DNA from: Limisphaerales bacterium
Lineage (GTDB): Bacteria > Patescibacteriota > Microgenomatia > UBA1400 > PJMF01
DNA: 64,000 nucleotides
Direction of reading: 5' to 3'
NCBI GenBank assembly: GCA_044350895.1
Contig: JBILGT010000001.1
Coordinates: 41,874-105,873 of the forward strand
Below are positions 8,008-17,620 of the stretch, one piece after another. How positions within the stretch are numbered: the first letter of the stretch is position 1; each line of letters starts with the position of its first letter. Made by a program: the position numbers and the translations under genes. The notes under the pieces are model-generated. The model was given only the letters and a program-made list of their open reading frames with translations, was not told where the DNA came from and searched no databases.

Positions 8008-8565
8008 ATGATTGAAATTTTTAACAATCAGTGGATAGTAGGATTGGGTGTAACTGTAATAGGTGGACTTGTCTTATATTATGTATTTGGTATCGGAAAA
8101 AAAGAAGAACCATCAAAAGTTTCTAAAAAGTCCCTAGATAAAAAAGTAGCACGCATTCATAATTCTGTATTGACGGCCGGTGGAGATATTCTTGTCGCCT
8201 CTAGTGTTTATAAGAATGATGATGTAAAGAAAAAAAAGAGAATTAAAATTATTGATCCTGAAACAATAGTTGAGAATATTCGTAAAAGCAAACCTTTTTT
8301 GGTCGATCAAGTCACTGAGTCATATAAAGGAATCAGAGTAAAGTGGAAGCTAAAGTTTTTATACATTAAGAATATTTCAGAAGATATGTGGAGAATTACT
8401 GCAAATTCGAATAAAGGTTTCGAAATGATAATGTTCAAAATAAATTTAGATGAACATCCGGAATTTAAAAGTATGGATAAAGGAGAAGAATTTCAGGTAG
8501 AAGGAGTAATTAAGGAAATAGATTATATAAAAATTATCCACCTTGATGATTGCGAAGTGTTTTGA
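8008..8565 (+). CDS. Hypothetical protein: N-terminal TM plus C-terminal OB-fold-like domain
   Basis: YKGIRVKWKLK..KGEEFQVEGVIKEI..IHLDDC; AT-rich coding sequence. Confidence 0.65.
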   Translation: MIEIFNNQWIVGLGVTVIGGLVLYYVFGIGKKEEPSKVSKKSLDKKVARIHNSVLTAGGDILVASSVYKNDDVKKKKRIKIIDPETIVENIRKSKPFLVDQVTESYKGIRVKWKLKFLYIKNISEDMWRITANSNKGFEMIMFKINLDEHPEFKSMDKGEEFQVEGVIKEIDYIKIIHLDDCEVF

Positions 8566-8629
8566 GTTAAATAGGTTTCGATTGCCTCTGACAGTCACAT
8601 TTCTTAGATAAATTTGGTATCATGCAGAC

Positions 8630-8968
8630 ATGATACTGAGCAAAACAGAACCATATTCTTCTGAAGAAATAACAGAACTTGCAGTGCAGTTTGAAGTCTA
8701 TATTAAAACTGTAATAGATATCCAAAAGAGAATTTGCATTGCTGGAATGGATCGTCATTTTGAAGGTGAACAGATTTTGTTATCCAAGGGTTCTAAGCAA
8801 AGTGATTTATGGGGTGGTGGTATAGATTTAGTGACTAAAGAAATTGATTTCAATTCTTTTATAAACATTCGCCCTCGAGATAATAACACCAAAAACGAGA
8901 TTCAAAGCGAAGAAATTAAAAAGATATATTTAGAACTATCTCAGTATTTTTTTAAGGAGTTAGTATGA
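8630..8968 (+). CDS. DUF5674-like protein
   Basis: YIKTVIDI..G.DRH..E.ILL..GSKQSDLWG..FNSFINIRPRDNN..EIQS (family recalled from memory). Confidence 0.7.
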   Translation: MILSKTEPYSSEEITELAVQFEVYIKTVIDIQKRICIAGMDRHFEGEQILLSKGSKQSDLWGGGIDLVTKEIDFNSFINIRPRDNNTKNEIQSEEIKKIYLELSQYFFKELV

Positions 8969-9240
8969 CAGATGCAAAAATGTTAGTAGGCTCACTCTCA
9001 AATGACTTATTTCGAGTTGCAAGTTTATCTCAACGTGGATCAAAAAAAGCTGCAAGTCGTTTCTTGACTGAGGCACAGCGTTGGTCAAAAGATCTAGAAA
9101 ATCTTGAACTAGCCAGTTACATCACCAAGCTGGCTGCCGATATTTCTAGTCGTGATGCATCAGATACATCGCTGGCTTCTGCTGAGCGGTACCTTATGTA
9201 CGGAGTTCTGTTGCAAAACTATGCTCTGCACAGTAAATAG
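8965..9240 (+). CDS. Small helical hypothetical protein, translationally coupled to the DUF5674-like gene
   Basis: ATGA start/stop overlap at 8965-8968; 91 aa. Confidence 0.75.
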   Translation: MTDAKMLVGSLSNDLFRVASLSQRGSKKAASRFLTEAQRWSKDLENLELASYITKLAADISSRDASDTSLASAERYLMYGVLLQNYALHSK

Positions 9241-9274
9241 GTTGCAACATCCTTCACAAAGCCCTGCAAAATTC

Positions 9275-9808
9275 CTAAAACGGATACCCCTTTAATCCTT
9301 GAATGCCTTTGAGCACCGCAACTTCACCCATAATAGAGTAGGCATGACCACTGATCATGTTGGCAATAAAGTCATACACTTTACGTGTTCCCATGCCGAA
9401 TGCACTCATATCAACATCTTTTTCCAAGTCTTCATCAGTCAATGTCGCAACATATGCTTCACTTGCTTCCTGAACTGCCTTGGAATATTCACGGAATTGA
9501 GCCATATCCACTTGTACTGATCTCAGCCACTTGGGATATGCACTTTCCCACTCAGTAGGTTGGAGCTCACTGGCACCGGTTTTGTCTTTGAACGTAGTTT
9601 CAAATAACGGTTGAGTTTTTTTTAGAAAACCGTGAACAAAAAAATCTTCTGAAAATATGAGGTGTGCGTAGGTTCCCGCAATTGGATTTGCTGTCCCGGG
9701 TGGCTTAAAGGCTGCCACTGCATCAGTCACGCCATCCATTGTTTGGTCAAGTGCGGAGTGAGTTGCTTTCAGTTGCGTCAAGAGGGTTTGGGTGGCGAGA
9801 TTGTTCAT
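9275..9808 (-). CDS. DinB/YfiT family protein
   Basis: ANPIAGTYAHLIFSED..YVATLTDEDLEK..GH....GEVAVLKGIQGLKG. Confidence 0.8.
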   Translation of the reverse strand: MNNLATQTLLTQLKATHSALDQTMDGVTDAVAAFKPPGTANPIAGTYAHLIFSEDFFVHGFLKKTQPLFETTFKDKTGASELQPTEWESAYPKWLRSVQVDMAQFREYSKAVQEASEAYVATLTDEDLEKDVDMSAFGMGTRKVYDFIANMISGHAYSIMGEVAVLKGIQGLKGYPF

Positions 9809-9840
9809 ATCCGATCATTATACAAAATTTTTGCGCTGTT

Positions 9841-10107
9841 TTAATCTACCAACTCTGGGTAGAATCTCTCCACTACAAAATGAAATGCTTCTCCAAATTT
9901 TTCAGGATGGTCGCGTAGTTCAATTCTCAGTTCTGTCATTGAGAATTTTTTGTATGTTACGGATTCATGATTAAGCTGGGGTTCAGCATCAGAATAGATT
10001 TCAAATAGTAAAAAAAAGTGATTTTCTTTTCTGCCAATTACGGTACGATTTAAAATAGCTTTGCCAAAGAATTTGTGCTCAAAATCAGTAATGCCAGTTT
10101 CTTCTAC
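9841..10107 (-). pseudogene. 5'-truncated Nudix hydrolase remnant
   Basis: Open frame with no start codon ahead of the motif: VEETGITDFEHKFFGK..HFFLLFEIYSDAEPQLNHESVTYKKFSMTELRIELRDHPEKF..*. EETG is the tail of the Nudix box. Confidence 0.65.
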
Positions 10108-10117
10108 AATGCAAGAT

Positions 10118-10616
10118 ATGAGAAGAAATGTTGCATTAGGAATTTTTGGAGTTGCTGTTGTAGGTCTAGCAATTGGTTACCTAATTGTTAGTGGAAATGA
10201 TCGCTCAGAAACTCAGGTCGCAGTTCTACAAGTGCAAAGTACTCCACCCACGGATTTATAAAACTGGTGCCACACAAAAAGGGCAGACAGAACTGTATGA
10301 TGGCGTATTACTTGTTTTTGAAGTAGTGGATTTACAAGGAAGTACTTTAGAGAAATGGCTGGATACGCATATTCAAGAATCTACTGCCGATGGCACACTC
10401 CAAGTGACACAACCTAAAAAAGCAGTGACTCTTAATGGTCAGCCTGGGTTTGTGTATTCCACTCGCGGTCTGGGTGAGTCAACCAACTATATTATTCAAA
10501 AAAATGCCCAATCTCCTCAAGCTCTCAGTATCACTATGCTTGTAGCAGATCCTGAAAACATTGATTTTCAAGCAGAAGTTGCTGCTATTCTTGCAAATAT
10601 TTCACTCCTCAAATAG
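10118..10616 (+). pseudogene. Membrane-anchored exported protein split by a frameshift or internal deletion near 10250
   Basis: The frame carrying the TM start (MRRNVALGIFGV..) stops at 10261. The extracellular domain (YKTGATQKGQTELYDG..TRGLG..ILANISLLK) continues in another frame. Confidence 0.65.
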
Positions 10617-10659
10617 AACGAAATTATTTGGTGTATGAGTATTAGTATATAATACCCCG

Positions 10660-11094
10660 ATGACAGAAAGCTTGAATTATCAACCTACTGCTGCTGATTT
10701 AGAAAATTTGCATGAAAGAGGTATCACTTTAGAAGAAGTATTGAGCTGTGATTGGCCCACTCCAGAAGAATTAGATGTATTTACACAATTTGGTGGAACG
10801 CTCATTGACGCAATACTTTTGACCAGTGTAAAAGCTAATATTTTAGATGCATTAGGACAAATGGTACCGATTCGATATCAGCTTGTTGAAATTCCTCTTA
10901 CCACTGAAATGCTCTCCGAAAGACAAACTAACTTTATTTATTTACTACTCCGTTACACGTCAGGAAATCCTTATTTTCCAAGCGGGTTTACACGAGCAGA
11001 TGCTGAACACATTTTACAAATCGTACAAAATACTCCGTGGACACCTGAAAATTTTAATGAACAGTACGACTTGATTGCGTCACTAGTGCAGTAG
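10660..11094 (+). CDS. Hypothetical acidic protein
   Basis: 144 aa; TATAAT 6 nt upstream of the ATG. Confidence 0.7.
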   Translation: MTESLNYQPTAADLENLHERGITLEEVLSCDWPTPEELDVFTQFGGTLIDAILLTSVKANILDALGQMVPIRYQLVEIPLTTEMLSERQTNFIYLLLRYTSGNPYFPSGFTRADAEHILQIVQNTPWTPENFNEQYDLIASLVQ

Positions 11095-11193
11095 CAACTT
11101 TTTATTCCATATCACATTCTTACATAAACCATATCTGGCTTTGCAGTTGAAACAAGATGCAAATAAGGACTATTTTTAGTTTTAAAATCTTGG

Positions 11194-11221
11194 AAAAGAG
11201 GCGCCGCAGGGCGCCTCTTTT
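11194..11221. terminator. Bidirectional intrinsic terminator
   Basis: AAAAGAGGCGCC-gcag-GGCGCCTCTTTT. Confidence 0.85.
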
Positions 11222-11257
11222 GCTGTGGTATACTTTCAAAATTGAAAGAAAGTGCTC

Positions 11258-11860
11258 ATGAAACAACTCGAAATTAAATACGCTCCCGCAATTGGTTTAA
11301 ATAAAGATGGTGCAGTGGACTACTTTTGGAGTGACAAACCTCGTGAACTGGGTGTCATAGATACGGTTGTCATTCACTCAATGTGGAATCCAGGTGGTTC
11401 GCCTGCAGAGCGCTATGATGCCACTGCCTGTGTTGCACTATTAATGAGTACAAACGAAGGGTATTCTTGTCACTATTTTATTGATAAAGATGGAGTAGTG
11501 TGGCAATCTGTAGATGAAGTCCGAATGGCGTGGCATGCAGGCAAAAGCATGATGCCACATCCCGACAATCGACCAGCAGTAAATAAGTTTAGTGTGGGTG
11601 TAGAACTGATTGGTAATGAAATTGATGGATTTACGATTGATCAATATCACTCACTGGTTGGACTCATCGCGCAAATGCTTGGTCGTATGCCGATCCAAAA
11701 TATAGTAGGGCACAGTGACATTGCCGGACCTGAAATACGTCCTGACGAACCTAAGACTGATCCGTGGAATTTTGACTGGCTCCTGTTTGCAACAATGCTT
11801 GAAAAAGTAATTGAAGAGCAATTTAAAGATATTAAAATGGTTGGAAAAATATCCAGATAA
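11258..11860 (+). CDS. N-acetylmuramoyl-L-alanine amidase (Amidase_2, AmpD-like)
   Basis: VVIHS, SCHYFIDKDG, AWHAGKS, NKFSVGVEL, GHSDIA..KTDP. Confidence 0.9.
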   Translation: MKQLEIKYAPAIGLNKDGAVDYFWSDKPRELGVIDTVVIHSMWNPGGSPAERYDATACVALLMSTNEGYSCHYFIDKDGVVWQSVDEVRMAWHAGKSMMPHPDNRPAVNKFSVGVELIGNEIDGFTIDQYHSLVGLIAQMLGRMPIQNIVGHSDIAGPEIRPDEPKTDPWNFDWLLFATMLEKVIEEQFKDIKMVGKISR

Positions 11861-11873
11861 TAGTTAGTCCTCT

Positions 11874-12212
11874 ATGTCCTCACAACAGACCACAGTAGAT
11901 TTTATTTGTGAACAAATGGCTGGTGCGGGAGTACTTACCTCGCGAAAAATGTTTGGTGAATATGCCATTTACTGTGACGGCAAAGTCGTGGCATTTGTCT
12001 GTGATGATGAACTTTTTATAAAGCCAACTGAAGCGGGTAGGGCATATATAAAAAATGTCGAAGAAAAACCTGCGTATCCCGGTTCAAAACTATATTTTTG
12101 GATTTCTGGTGAATTGTGGGATGATCGAGATTGGCTGTGTAAATTAATCACCGTTACTGCAGCAGCACTACCAACTCCAAAACTGAAGATTAATAAACTG
12201 AAAAAATCATAG
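11874..12212 (+). CDS. TfoX/Sxy N-terminal domain protein
   Basis: RKMFGEYAIYCDGKVVAFVCDDELFIKPT..PAYPGSK. Confidence 0.9.
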   Translation: MSSQQTTVDFICEQMAGAGVLTSRKMFGEYAIYCDGKVVAFVCDDELFIKPTEAGRAYIKNVEEKPAYPGSKLYFWISGELWDDRDWLCKLITVTAAALPTPKLKINKLKKS

Positions 12213-12361
12213 CCTACTTGCCAGTACACCTTACGCATTTCATACTTTTTTTGTCTAGTGGTCTTCTGGATGCTCGTTAAATTGTTCTAACTTCCGACTT
12301 AGTTTCCAGATATGCAGGGCTACTCACTGAGGTATGCTACAATGAGTGAAACGAGCATTTC

Positions 12362-12670
12362 ATGCAACAAAAAAGTACGTTGGTGTGGATCAGCATTTTG
12401 TTTATAGTAGCAGTAGCCGCACTGATAGCGGGGTATTTGTTGGGTACAAATAGACCAGTCAATAGTGGCCCAGTTTCTACTCCACAATCTTCCATTTCTC
12501 CTACAATTTCGCCAGCCACACAACAGCCTGAAGCAACACCAATTGTTGCACCCAACCCCGAAGAAGGTGTGGCATGCACAATGGATGTAAAACTGTGCCC
12601 TGATGGAAGTGCTGTGGGTAGAAGTGGTCCAAACTGTGAATTTGATCCATGTCCTGGTGAATCTCGGTAG
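12362..12670 (+). CDS. Small TM-anchored protein with Pro/Thr linker and Cys-rich CTMDxKxCPDGSxVGRxGPNCEF.PCP module
   Basis: Motif read directly; this module is common in CPR surface proteins. Confidence 0.8.
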   Translation: MQQKSTLVWISILFIVAVAALIAGYLLGTNRPVNSGPVSTPQSSISPTISPATQQPEATPIVAPNPEEGVACTMDVKLCPDGSAVGRSGPNCEFDPCPGESR

Positions 12671-12761
12671 TATAAGAATGTGAAAAAATCCTCAAAGATG
12701 AGGATTTGCATCTTGGTGGAGATACAGTAGAATCAGCGGATAAGAAAATCGAAGGAGTAGT

Positions 12762-13523
12762 ATGGTAGATTCAGCAAATACTCAAGTTGGAGCAGTCATC
12801 TTGGCGGCTGGCAAGGGCTCTCGATTGAAGTCAACTACTCAGAATAAAGTAACAATTCCCCTTGGTGGTAAACCAATGATTCAGTGGTCAGTCGAGCGTA
12901 TCCGTGCAGCTGGCGTACAAGAAGTTGTCGTGGTTGTTGGTTTTGCTCGTGAATCAGTAGAAGCAGTTCTCACTGACTCAGTTACATATGCCACAGAAGA
13001 AGAACAGCTTGGTACTGGTCATGCGGCATGGATAGGTGAAAAAAAGCTATCTGACAATGTCACACAGCTATTTGTTATGTATGGTGACCACTCCGCATTT
13101 TATCCACCAGCATTTTATAAAAAACTATTACAAACTCATCAAGAGCGAAAGAATGCTATCACGCTGGTTTCCATGGAGTACGACAAACCTTCAGAACTAG
13201 CCTGGGGGAGAATCATTAGAAATGAAGCTGATGATGTTATTGCGATTGTAGAAGAGAAAGAAGCATCTGAAGAACAGAAAAAAATTCAGGAACTAAACGC
13301 TGGACTCTACGTTTTTGATCGCTCAGTTATTACACAAGGATACTCCACGCTCAAACCACAATCGGGTGGTGAGTACTACATCACAGATTTAATTGCCTAC
13401 TGCGTGCAGAATGGCAAGCGAGTGGGTGCCGTGATTGCAGCACAGAATGAAGTAGGGATTGGGGTTAATACTCCCGATCAGAAAATTGCTGCAACAGCAC
13501 TTTTTGAGGAAGTAAATAAATAG
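12762..13523 (+). CDS. GlmU-like uridylyltransferase domain only (no acetyltransferase beta-helix)
   Basis: ILAAGKGSRLKS, EQLGTGHA, MYGD, WGRIIR..IVEEKEA..ELNAGLY, GEYYITD, GVNT; ends at 253 aa. Confidence 0.85.
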   Translation: MVDSANTQVGAVILAAGKGSRLKSTTQNKVTIPLGGKPMIQWSVERIRAAGVQEVVVVVGFARESVEAVLTDSVTYATEEEQLGTGHAAWIGEKKLSDNVTQLFVMYGDHSAFYPPAFYKKLLQTHQERKNAITLVSMEYDKPSELAWGRIIRNEADDVIAIVEEKEASEEQKKIQELNAGLYVFDRSVITQGYSTLKPQSGGEYYITDLIAYCVQNGKRVGAVIAAQNEVGIGVNTPDQKIAATALFEEVNK

Positions 13524-13524
13524 A

Positions 13525-14424
13525 ATGAGAGAAAAACTTTTACCTGGAGAAATTTGGCATGGAATGCATGAAAAAGGCGATTCAGCCGATGCTTCTGATG
13601 CTGCCGCTAATGAACTTGCAGCTATTGATACCAAAGGTTTTACTGATCGAACTGTGGCGCATGATCACGCAGAGTATGCACGTATTGCATTCGTGACTGC
13701 GTTAAGTGCCGTCAAAAAATCCAAAGATTGGACGACTGCACGCACCTATCTGCAGCGCGCCGTAAACATTGCTGGTACTACATATCCCTTTGCTGAAACA
13801 GCAGAACTAGCTCGTCTCAAAGGCACATACTGGGAAGGTGAGCCAGGTAGCGAGTCAGCCCAATTACAATGTGTCCGTGATGTCTTAGGCCTTTCAAAAC
13901 TACTCTATATACTGTATCCCACACAAGAAATATTGGATTGGTTGGTGGCAGTTGAAAGTGTACTTACAAGTATCGCTGAAGAAAATAGTGAACGTCATGC
14001 ATTGATTTTTGTGATTGAAAACGGTGCCTATGGCTCAGCACTCCTTGCTTACAAAAAATACAAGGAACTGCATGGGACTGTGGGTAGAGAACTGTATTCT
14101 GCTGAAGAGACTAGTGCTGTTACCACGCGTATGATGGGACGAGCGGTTGATGCGGGAGATTTTAGAACACTGTTTGCAGTGTATGTCGATCTAGGTACAG
14201 TTGCTCTGAAAAAACCATCGCTTAAAAAATTCATCTTTGTTGAATTAATCAAAAATCACTCTGCTGTATTTAAAGATCGCTTCATTGCTAGGAAATTGGC
14301 GAAGTGGCGTGACTCAGCAAGTGAAGATACTCAAACACTTGCTGAAATCTCTGAGTTGCTTAGAAATAAGTATATTGGACTGGGTGGGAGCACAACTTCT
14401 ACAAACGATTTCGCCTCTGTATAG
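13525..14424 (+). CDS. Hypothetical alpha-helical protein
   Basis: 299-aa ORF starting 1 nt after the previous stop. Confidence 0.7.
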   Translation: MREKLLPGEIWHGMHEKGDSADASDAAANELAAIDTKGFTDRTVAHDHAEYARIAFVTALSAVKKSKDWTTARTYLQRAVNIAGTTYPFAETAELARLKGTYWEGEPGSESAQLQCVRDVLGLSKLLYILYPTQEILDWLVAVESVLTSIAEENSERHALIFVIENGAYGSALLAYKKYKELHGTVGRELYSAEETSAVTTRMMGRAVDAGDFRTLFAVYVDLGTVALKKPSLKKFIFVELIKNHSAVFKDRFIARKLAKWRDSASEDTQTLAEISELLRNKYIGLGGSTTSTNDFASV

Positions 14425-14512
14425 ATCAAAAACCCCCATTTGAATAGAGGTCTTTTATGTGTGCATGCTTGTATTTTTGGCAAAGGAAGTGTGTGAATGG
14501 TATACTAAATAT

Positions 14513-14977
14513 ATGAACGTTATTGATCCCAATAATCCCACAGTTCCTGTTACAGACCAGTCTGCAGAAGTTGTGGAGGCTACACCAACTCAACTGGAAA
14601 TGAACTACGCTCGCACTGATGTCCCGCCAAGTGCAACAGAAGCTCTTGATGAAAAAAGTTGGGCAATGGCAGCACACTTGGGTGGTTTGGCTGGATACAT
14701 GATTCCATTTGGTAATATCATTGCTCCAGTGGTAATCTGGCAGATGAAGAAAGACCAATCAGGTTTTATTACAGAACACGCTAAAGAAGCGGTAAACTTT
14801 CAAATTACAATGATGATAGCAGCAGCTATTTCAGCACTGTTGATGCTCGTCGTAATAGGTATATTTCTAATGTTCGCAGTGGTTATTGTGGATATTATTT
14901 TTATAATCATGGCTTCGATTGCCGCCAATAAGGGTGAACAATATCGCTATCCACTTTCGATTCGATTTATTAAATAG
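14513..14977 (+). CDS. DUF4870 membrane protein
   Basis: EKSWAMAAHL..PVVIW..K..S.F..HAKEAVNFQIT..ANKGEQYRYPLSIRFIK. Start chosen 6 nt after TGgTATACT. Confidence 0.9.
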   Translation: MNVIDPNNPTVPVTDQSAEVVEATPTQLEMNYARTDVPPSATEALDEKSWAMAAHLGGLAGYMIPFGNIIAPVVIWQMKKDQSGFITEHAKEAVNFQITMMIAAAISALLMLVVIGIFLMFAVVIVDIIFIIMASIAANKGEQYRYPLSIRFIK

Positions 14978-14981
14978 AAAT

Positions 14982-15830
14982 TTAGATAAAATATTTCAGC
15001 AGTGAAGGAGCTTCAGCGTATGGTGAACCTTTAATCAAAGGTGCATCGTGCAGTTCAGCTATGTGATCGGTGTAGGTGGGTTTTTCAACTTGGTAAATTA
15101 CACCGATTGGAAATTTTTCCTGCATGGGTTCTTGAGCTAGATGCAGTGCTGCTTGGAAGTCTGCTGGGTTGTGGTCTTTGAGTTGATAGGTTTTCTGGAA
15201 GTAGTAGCCATAGGTATTTACTTTATTAAACGTGACACACGGTTGCAGTACATTGATGACTGACAAACCGCGGTGCTGCATACCTGCTGTAATAATTTGT
15301 GAGAGCTGTGGAAGATTGCCCGCAAATGCCTGGGCAACAAAAGTAGCTCCTTGTGTTATTGCGAGTAACAACGCATAGACAGGACTTTCGATAATGCCAT
15401 CTGGCGTTGTTTTTGATTTAAAGCCTTGATGTGCAGCAGGGGAAGATTGACCTTTGGTCAGGCCATATACTCCGTTGTCATGAATAATCATAGTAATGTC
15501 ATGATTACCGCGACAGGCGTGTAGAAAATGATTACCACCTTCACCATACAGCGCACCATCACCGCCAATGACAACGACAGGCATTTCGTGATTGGCAATT
15601 TTACAACCGACTGCATTGGCGAGTGAACGTCCATGCAGTGTATGCATAGAACTTGCATTCAAAAAGTCATTCATGTTGCCCGAACAGCCAATATCAAACA
15701 TCACATTTACAGTGGATGGATCGTGTCCTTGTTCAGAAAAAGAGTTCATGATGGCACGACCAATACTCCAGTTGCCACAACCAGGACACCAAGTGGGAGT
15801 GTAGCCAGAAAAGTCTTGAACTGTTGCCAT
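14982..15830 (-). CDS. 2-oxoacid:ferredoxin oxidoreductase beta subunit (TPP-binding)
   Basis: TWCPGCG, IGCSG, HTLHGR, GGDG..GGNH, DNGVYGLTKGQ, QPCVTFN. Confidence 0.95.
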   Translation of the reverse strand: MATVQDFSGYTPTWCPGCGNWSIGRAIMNSFSEQGHDPSTVNVMFDIGCSGNMNDFLNASSMHTLHGRSLANAVGCKIANHEMPVVVIGGDGALYGEGGNHFLHACRGNHDITMIIHDNGVYGLTKGQSSPAAHQGFKSKTTPDGIIESPVYALLLAITQGATFVAQAFAGNLPQLSQIITAGMQHRGLSVINVLQPCVTFNKVNTYGYYFQKTYQLKDHNPADFQAALHLAQEPMQEKFPIGVIYQVEKPTYTDHIAELHDAPLIKGSPYAEAPSLLKYFI

Positions 15831-15836
15831 AATTTC

Positions 15837-17582
15837 CTATTGTTGATTACTAATTGTATGTACTGCCTCAACGACTTCTTCAGTGAAAATTGGTCGGCCG
15901 TCATACTTCAAAAGTTTGTGTGGTGTGTCAAAACCAGTGGCCATTTTCAGTAAAAGTCCAAACTGACCAGTCGCATTATTTTCGATTTGAATATAGGGCT
16001 TATCATACTCAAAAAGTGATTTGATAGCTTCTGTATGCAGTGGATAGACGTGCGTAAAATGAATGTACGCAACTTGTTTACCTTGATTGCCGAGTTGTTC
16101 CATTGCATCAAGAATGGCACCTTTATTGCCGCCCCATGAAAAGAGAATTGTTTGAGCTCCACCGAGGTCACCATAGACTGTGGGCGCTGAAAAATGATTA
16201 CTGAAATAAGTTTCGATCTTTCGGGAACGCTTATCCACTTGGTCTTTGCGCACAACTGCATCTTCAGTGGTGTGAGAATCGGGTAGATGCTCATATGAGT
16301 TGGCTTGGTACCAGACACCTTTTTGACCGGGGATAAGACGTGGTGAAATGCCATCATCAGTAACCGCATAGCGATGATATGGCAACTCAGTTGCTTCACT
16401 AATTGTCTTCCCGCGATTAATAGGTTGCTGCATGATAGTTTCCAACTTAGCGAGTGGAATACTATAGTGGGATTCAGAAAGCACTTTGTCAGAGAGCACA
16501 ATGACTGGGGTTTGATAAATATCAGCAAGGTCGAATGCTTTCATGGTGAGATCGAGCATTTCTTCAGGATCTCCTGGGGCTAAGACAATTTTAGGGAATT
16601 CGCCGTGACCAGCAAAAGCGGCAAAGAGGAGATCACCTTGCTCAGTCCATGTTGGCATACCTGTCGCGGGTCCTGGGCGTTGAGCTACAAACACAACGAG
16701 TGGTTGTTCAGCAATTCCAGCGTAGGAAAGTGTTTCTGCCATCAAGGCAAAACCACCACCAGAAGAACCTGTCGCAGCGCGAACGCCGGCAAATGATGCG
16801 CCTAATGTTTCGTTGACCACACCAATTTCATCTTCTGCATGTCGGACCACCATACCAGTTTTGTGTTGCCATCCTGCGAGAATTTCTAAAACAGATGAAG
16901 ACGGTGACATTGGGTAGGCTGCGTAAAATCGGCAATCTGCAGCAACAGCTCCAAGTGCAAATGAATCATTACCTGCGATCACCGTGCGAGCTTCAGGGTT
17001 TTCAATGTAGGTGAGGATAGGCGTTACGTACTCACTAAAGTGTTCTTTCACATACTCAAAGCCAGTGCGAGCACAAGTAATATTAAGCGTAACAACATCG
17101 TCGCCTTTTTTCTTGAATTGGTCAGTAATCATGCCGTTGAGAATATCTTCTTTGCCATCGAGAAGGGCATAGCTGGCACCCAAACTAATCATGTTGACCA
17201 TGATTTTGTCAGCTTTCAAGCCTGCCAGTAGTTCTTGAAATGGTACACCGATGCGTTTGGCATCAGTGACAGGTTCAAATTGGCCAGGGTCATAGAGTAG
17301 TAAACTTTCAGGAGTAAGTCGTGAGCTATGGAGCGTGAATGTTTCTTCATTAAAACAAACCAAACAATCAATCACAAATTTAATCATGCGGACAGGGTCT
17401 TTACTGATATTGACCTCATAGGTGTTGTGACCACCTTTAATCAAAGAAGGATATTCGCCGTAATCAAAGATGTGATAGCCAGAGCGAGTAGCAAGTTTAC
17501 TGAGTGACAAGCCAGTGGTCATCACGCCCAATCCAGCTGGAGCACCAATTTTCCATAAAAAATGTCGTGGTTGTTGTGTCAT
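15837..17582 (-). CDS. 2-oxoacid:ferredoxin oxidoreductase alpha subunit (fused gamma-alpha)
   Basis: YPSLIKGGHN, YPMSPSS, AEDEIG, SGGGFALM, QRPGPATGMPT, ENNATGQ, KYDGRP. Start is probably MTQQ at 17582. Confidence 0.95.
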   Translation of the reverse strand: MTQQPRHFLWKIGAPAGLGVMTTGLSLSKLATRSGYHIFDYGEYPSLIKGGHNTYEVNISKDPVRMIKFVIDCLVCFNEETFTLHSSRLTPESLLLYDPGQFEPVTDAKRIGVPFQELLAGLKADKIMVNMISLGASYALLDGKEDILNGMITDQFKKKGDDVVTLNITCARTGFEYVKEHFSEYVTPILTYIENPEARTVIAGNDSFALGAVAADCRFYAAYPMSPSSSVLEILAGWQHKTGMVVRHAEDEIGVVNETLGASFAGVRAATGSSGGGFALMAETLSYAGIAEQPLVVFVAQRPGPATGMPTWTEQGDLLFAAFAGHGEFPKIVLAPGDPEEMLDLTMKAFDLADIYQTPVIVLSDKVLSESHYSIPLAKLETIMQQPINRGKTISEATELPYHRYAVTDDGISPRLIPGQKGVWYQANSYEHLPDSHTTEDAVVRKDQVDKRSRKIETYFSNHFSAPTVYGDLGGAQTILFSWGGNKGAILDAMEQLGNQGKQVAYIHFTHVYPLHTEAIKSLFEYDKPYIQIENNATGQFGLLLKMATGFDTPHKLLKYDGRPIFTEEVVEAVHTISNQQ

Positions 17583-17620
17583 TGTTGTATGTGGGTGCAC
17601 CGAATCACCCAAGAAATACT

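Larger units (their letters stand above)
7963..9270. mobile_element. Putative tRNA-Trp-linked genomic islet remnant (no integrase)
   Basis: GCCCTGCAAA (tRNA 3' end, 7963-7972) recurs at 9261-9270, both preceded closely by TCCTTC. The repeats bracket three co-oriented genes, the first two AT-rich. Confidence 0.4.

Noticed and set aside
12213-12335. Protein-like fragments on the minus strand (LHIWKLSRK.., EMRKVYWQVGY)
   Set aside because: Too short and interrupted to assign to a family.
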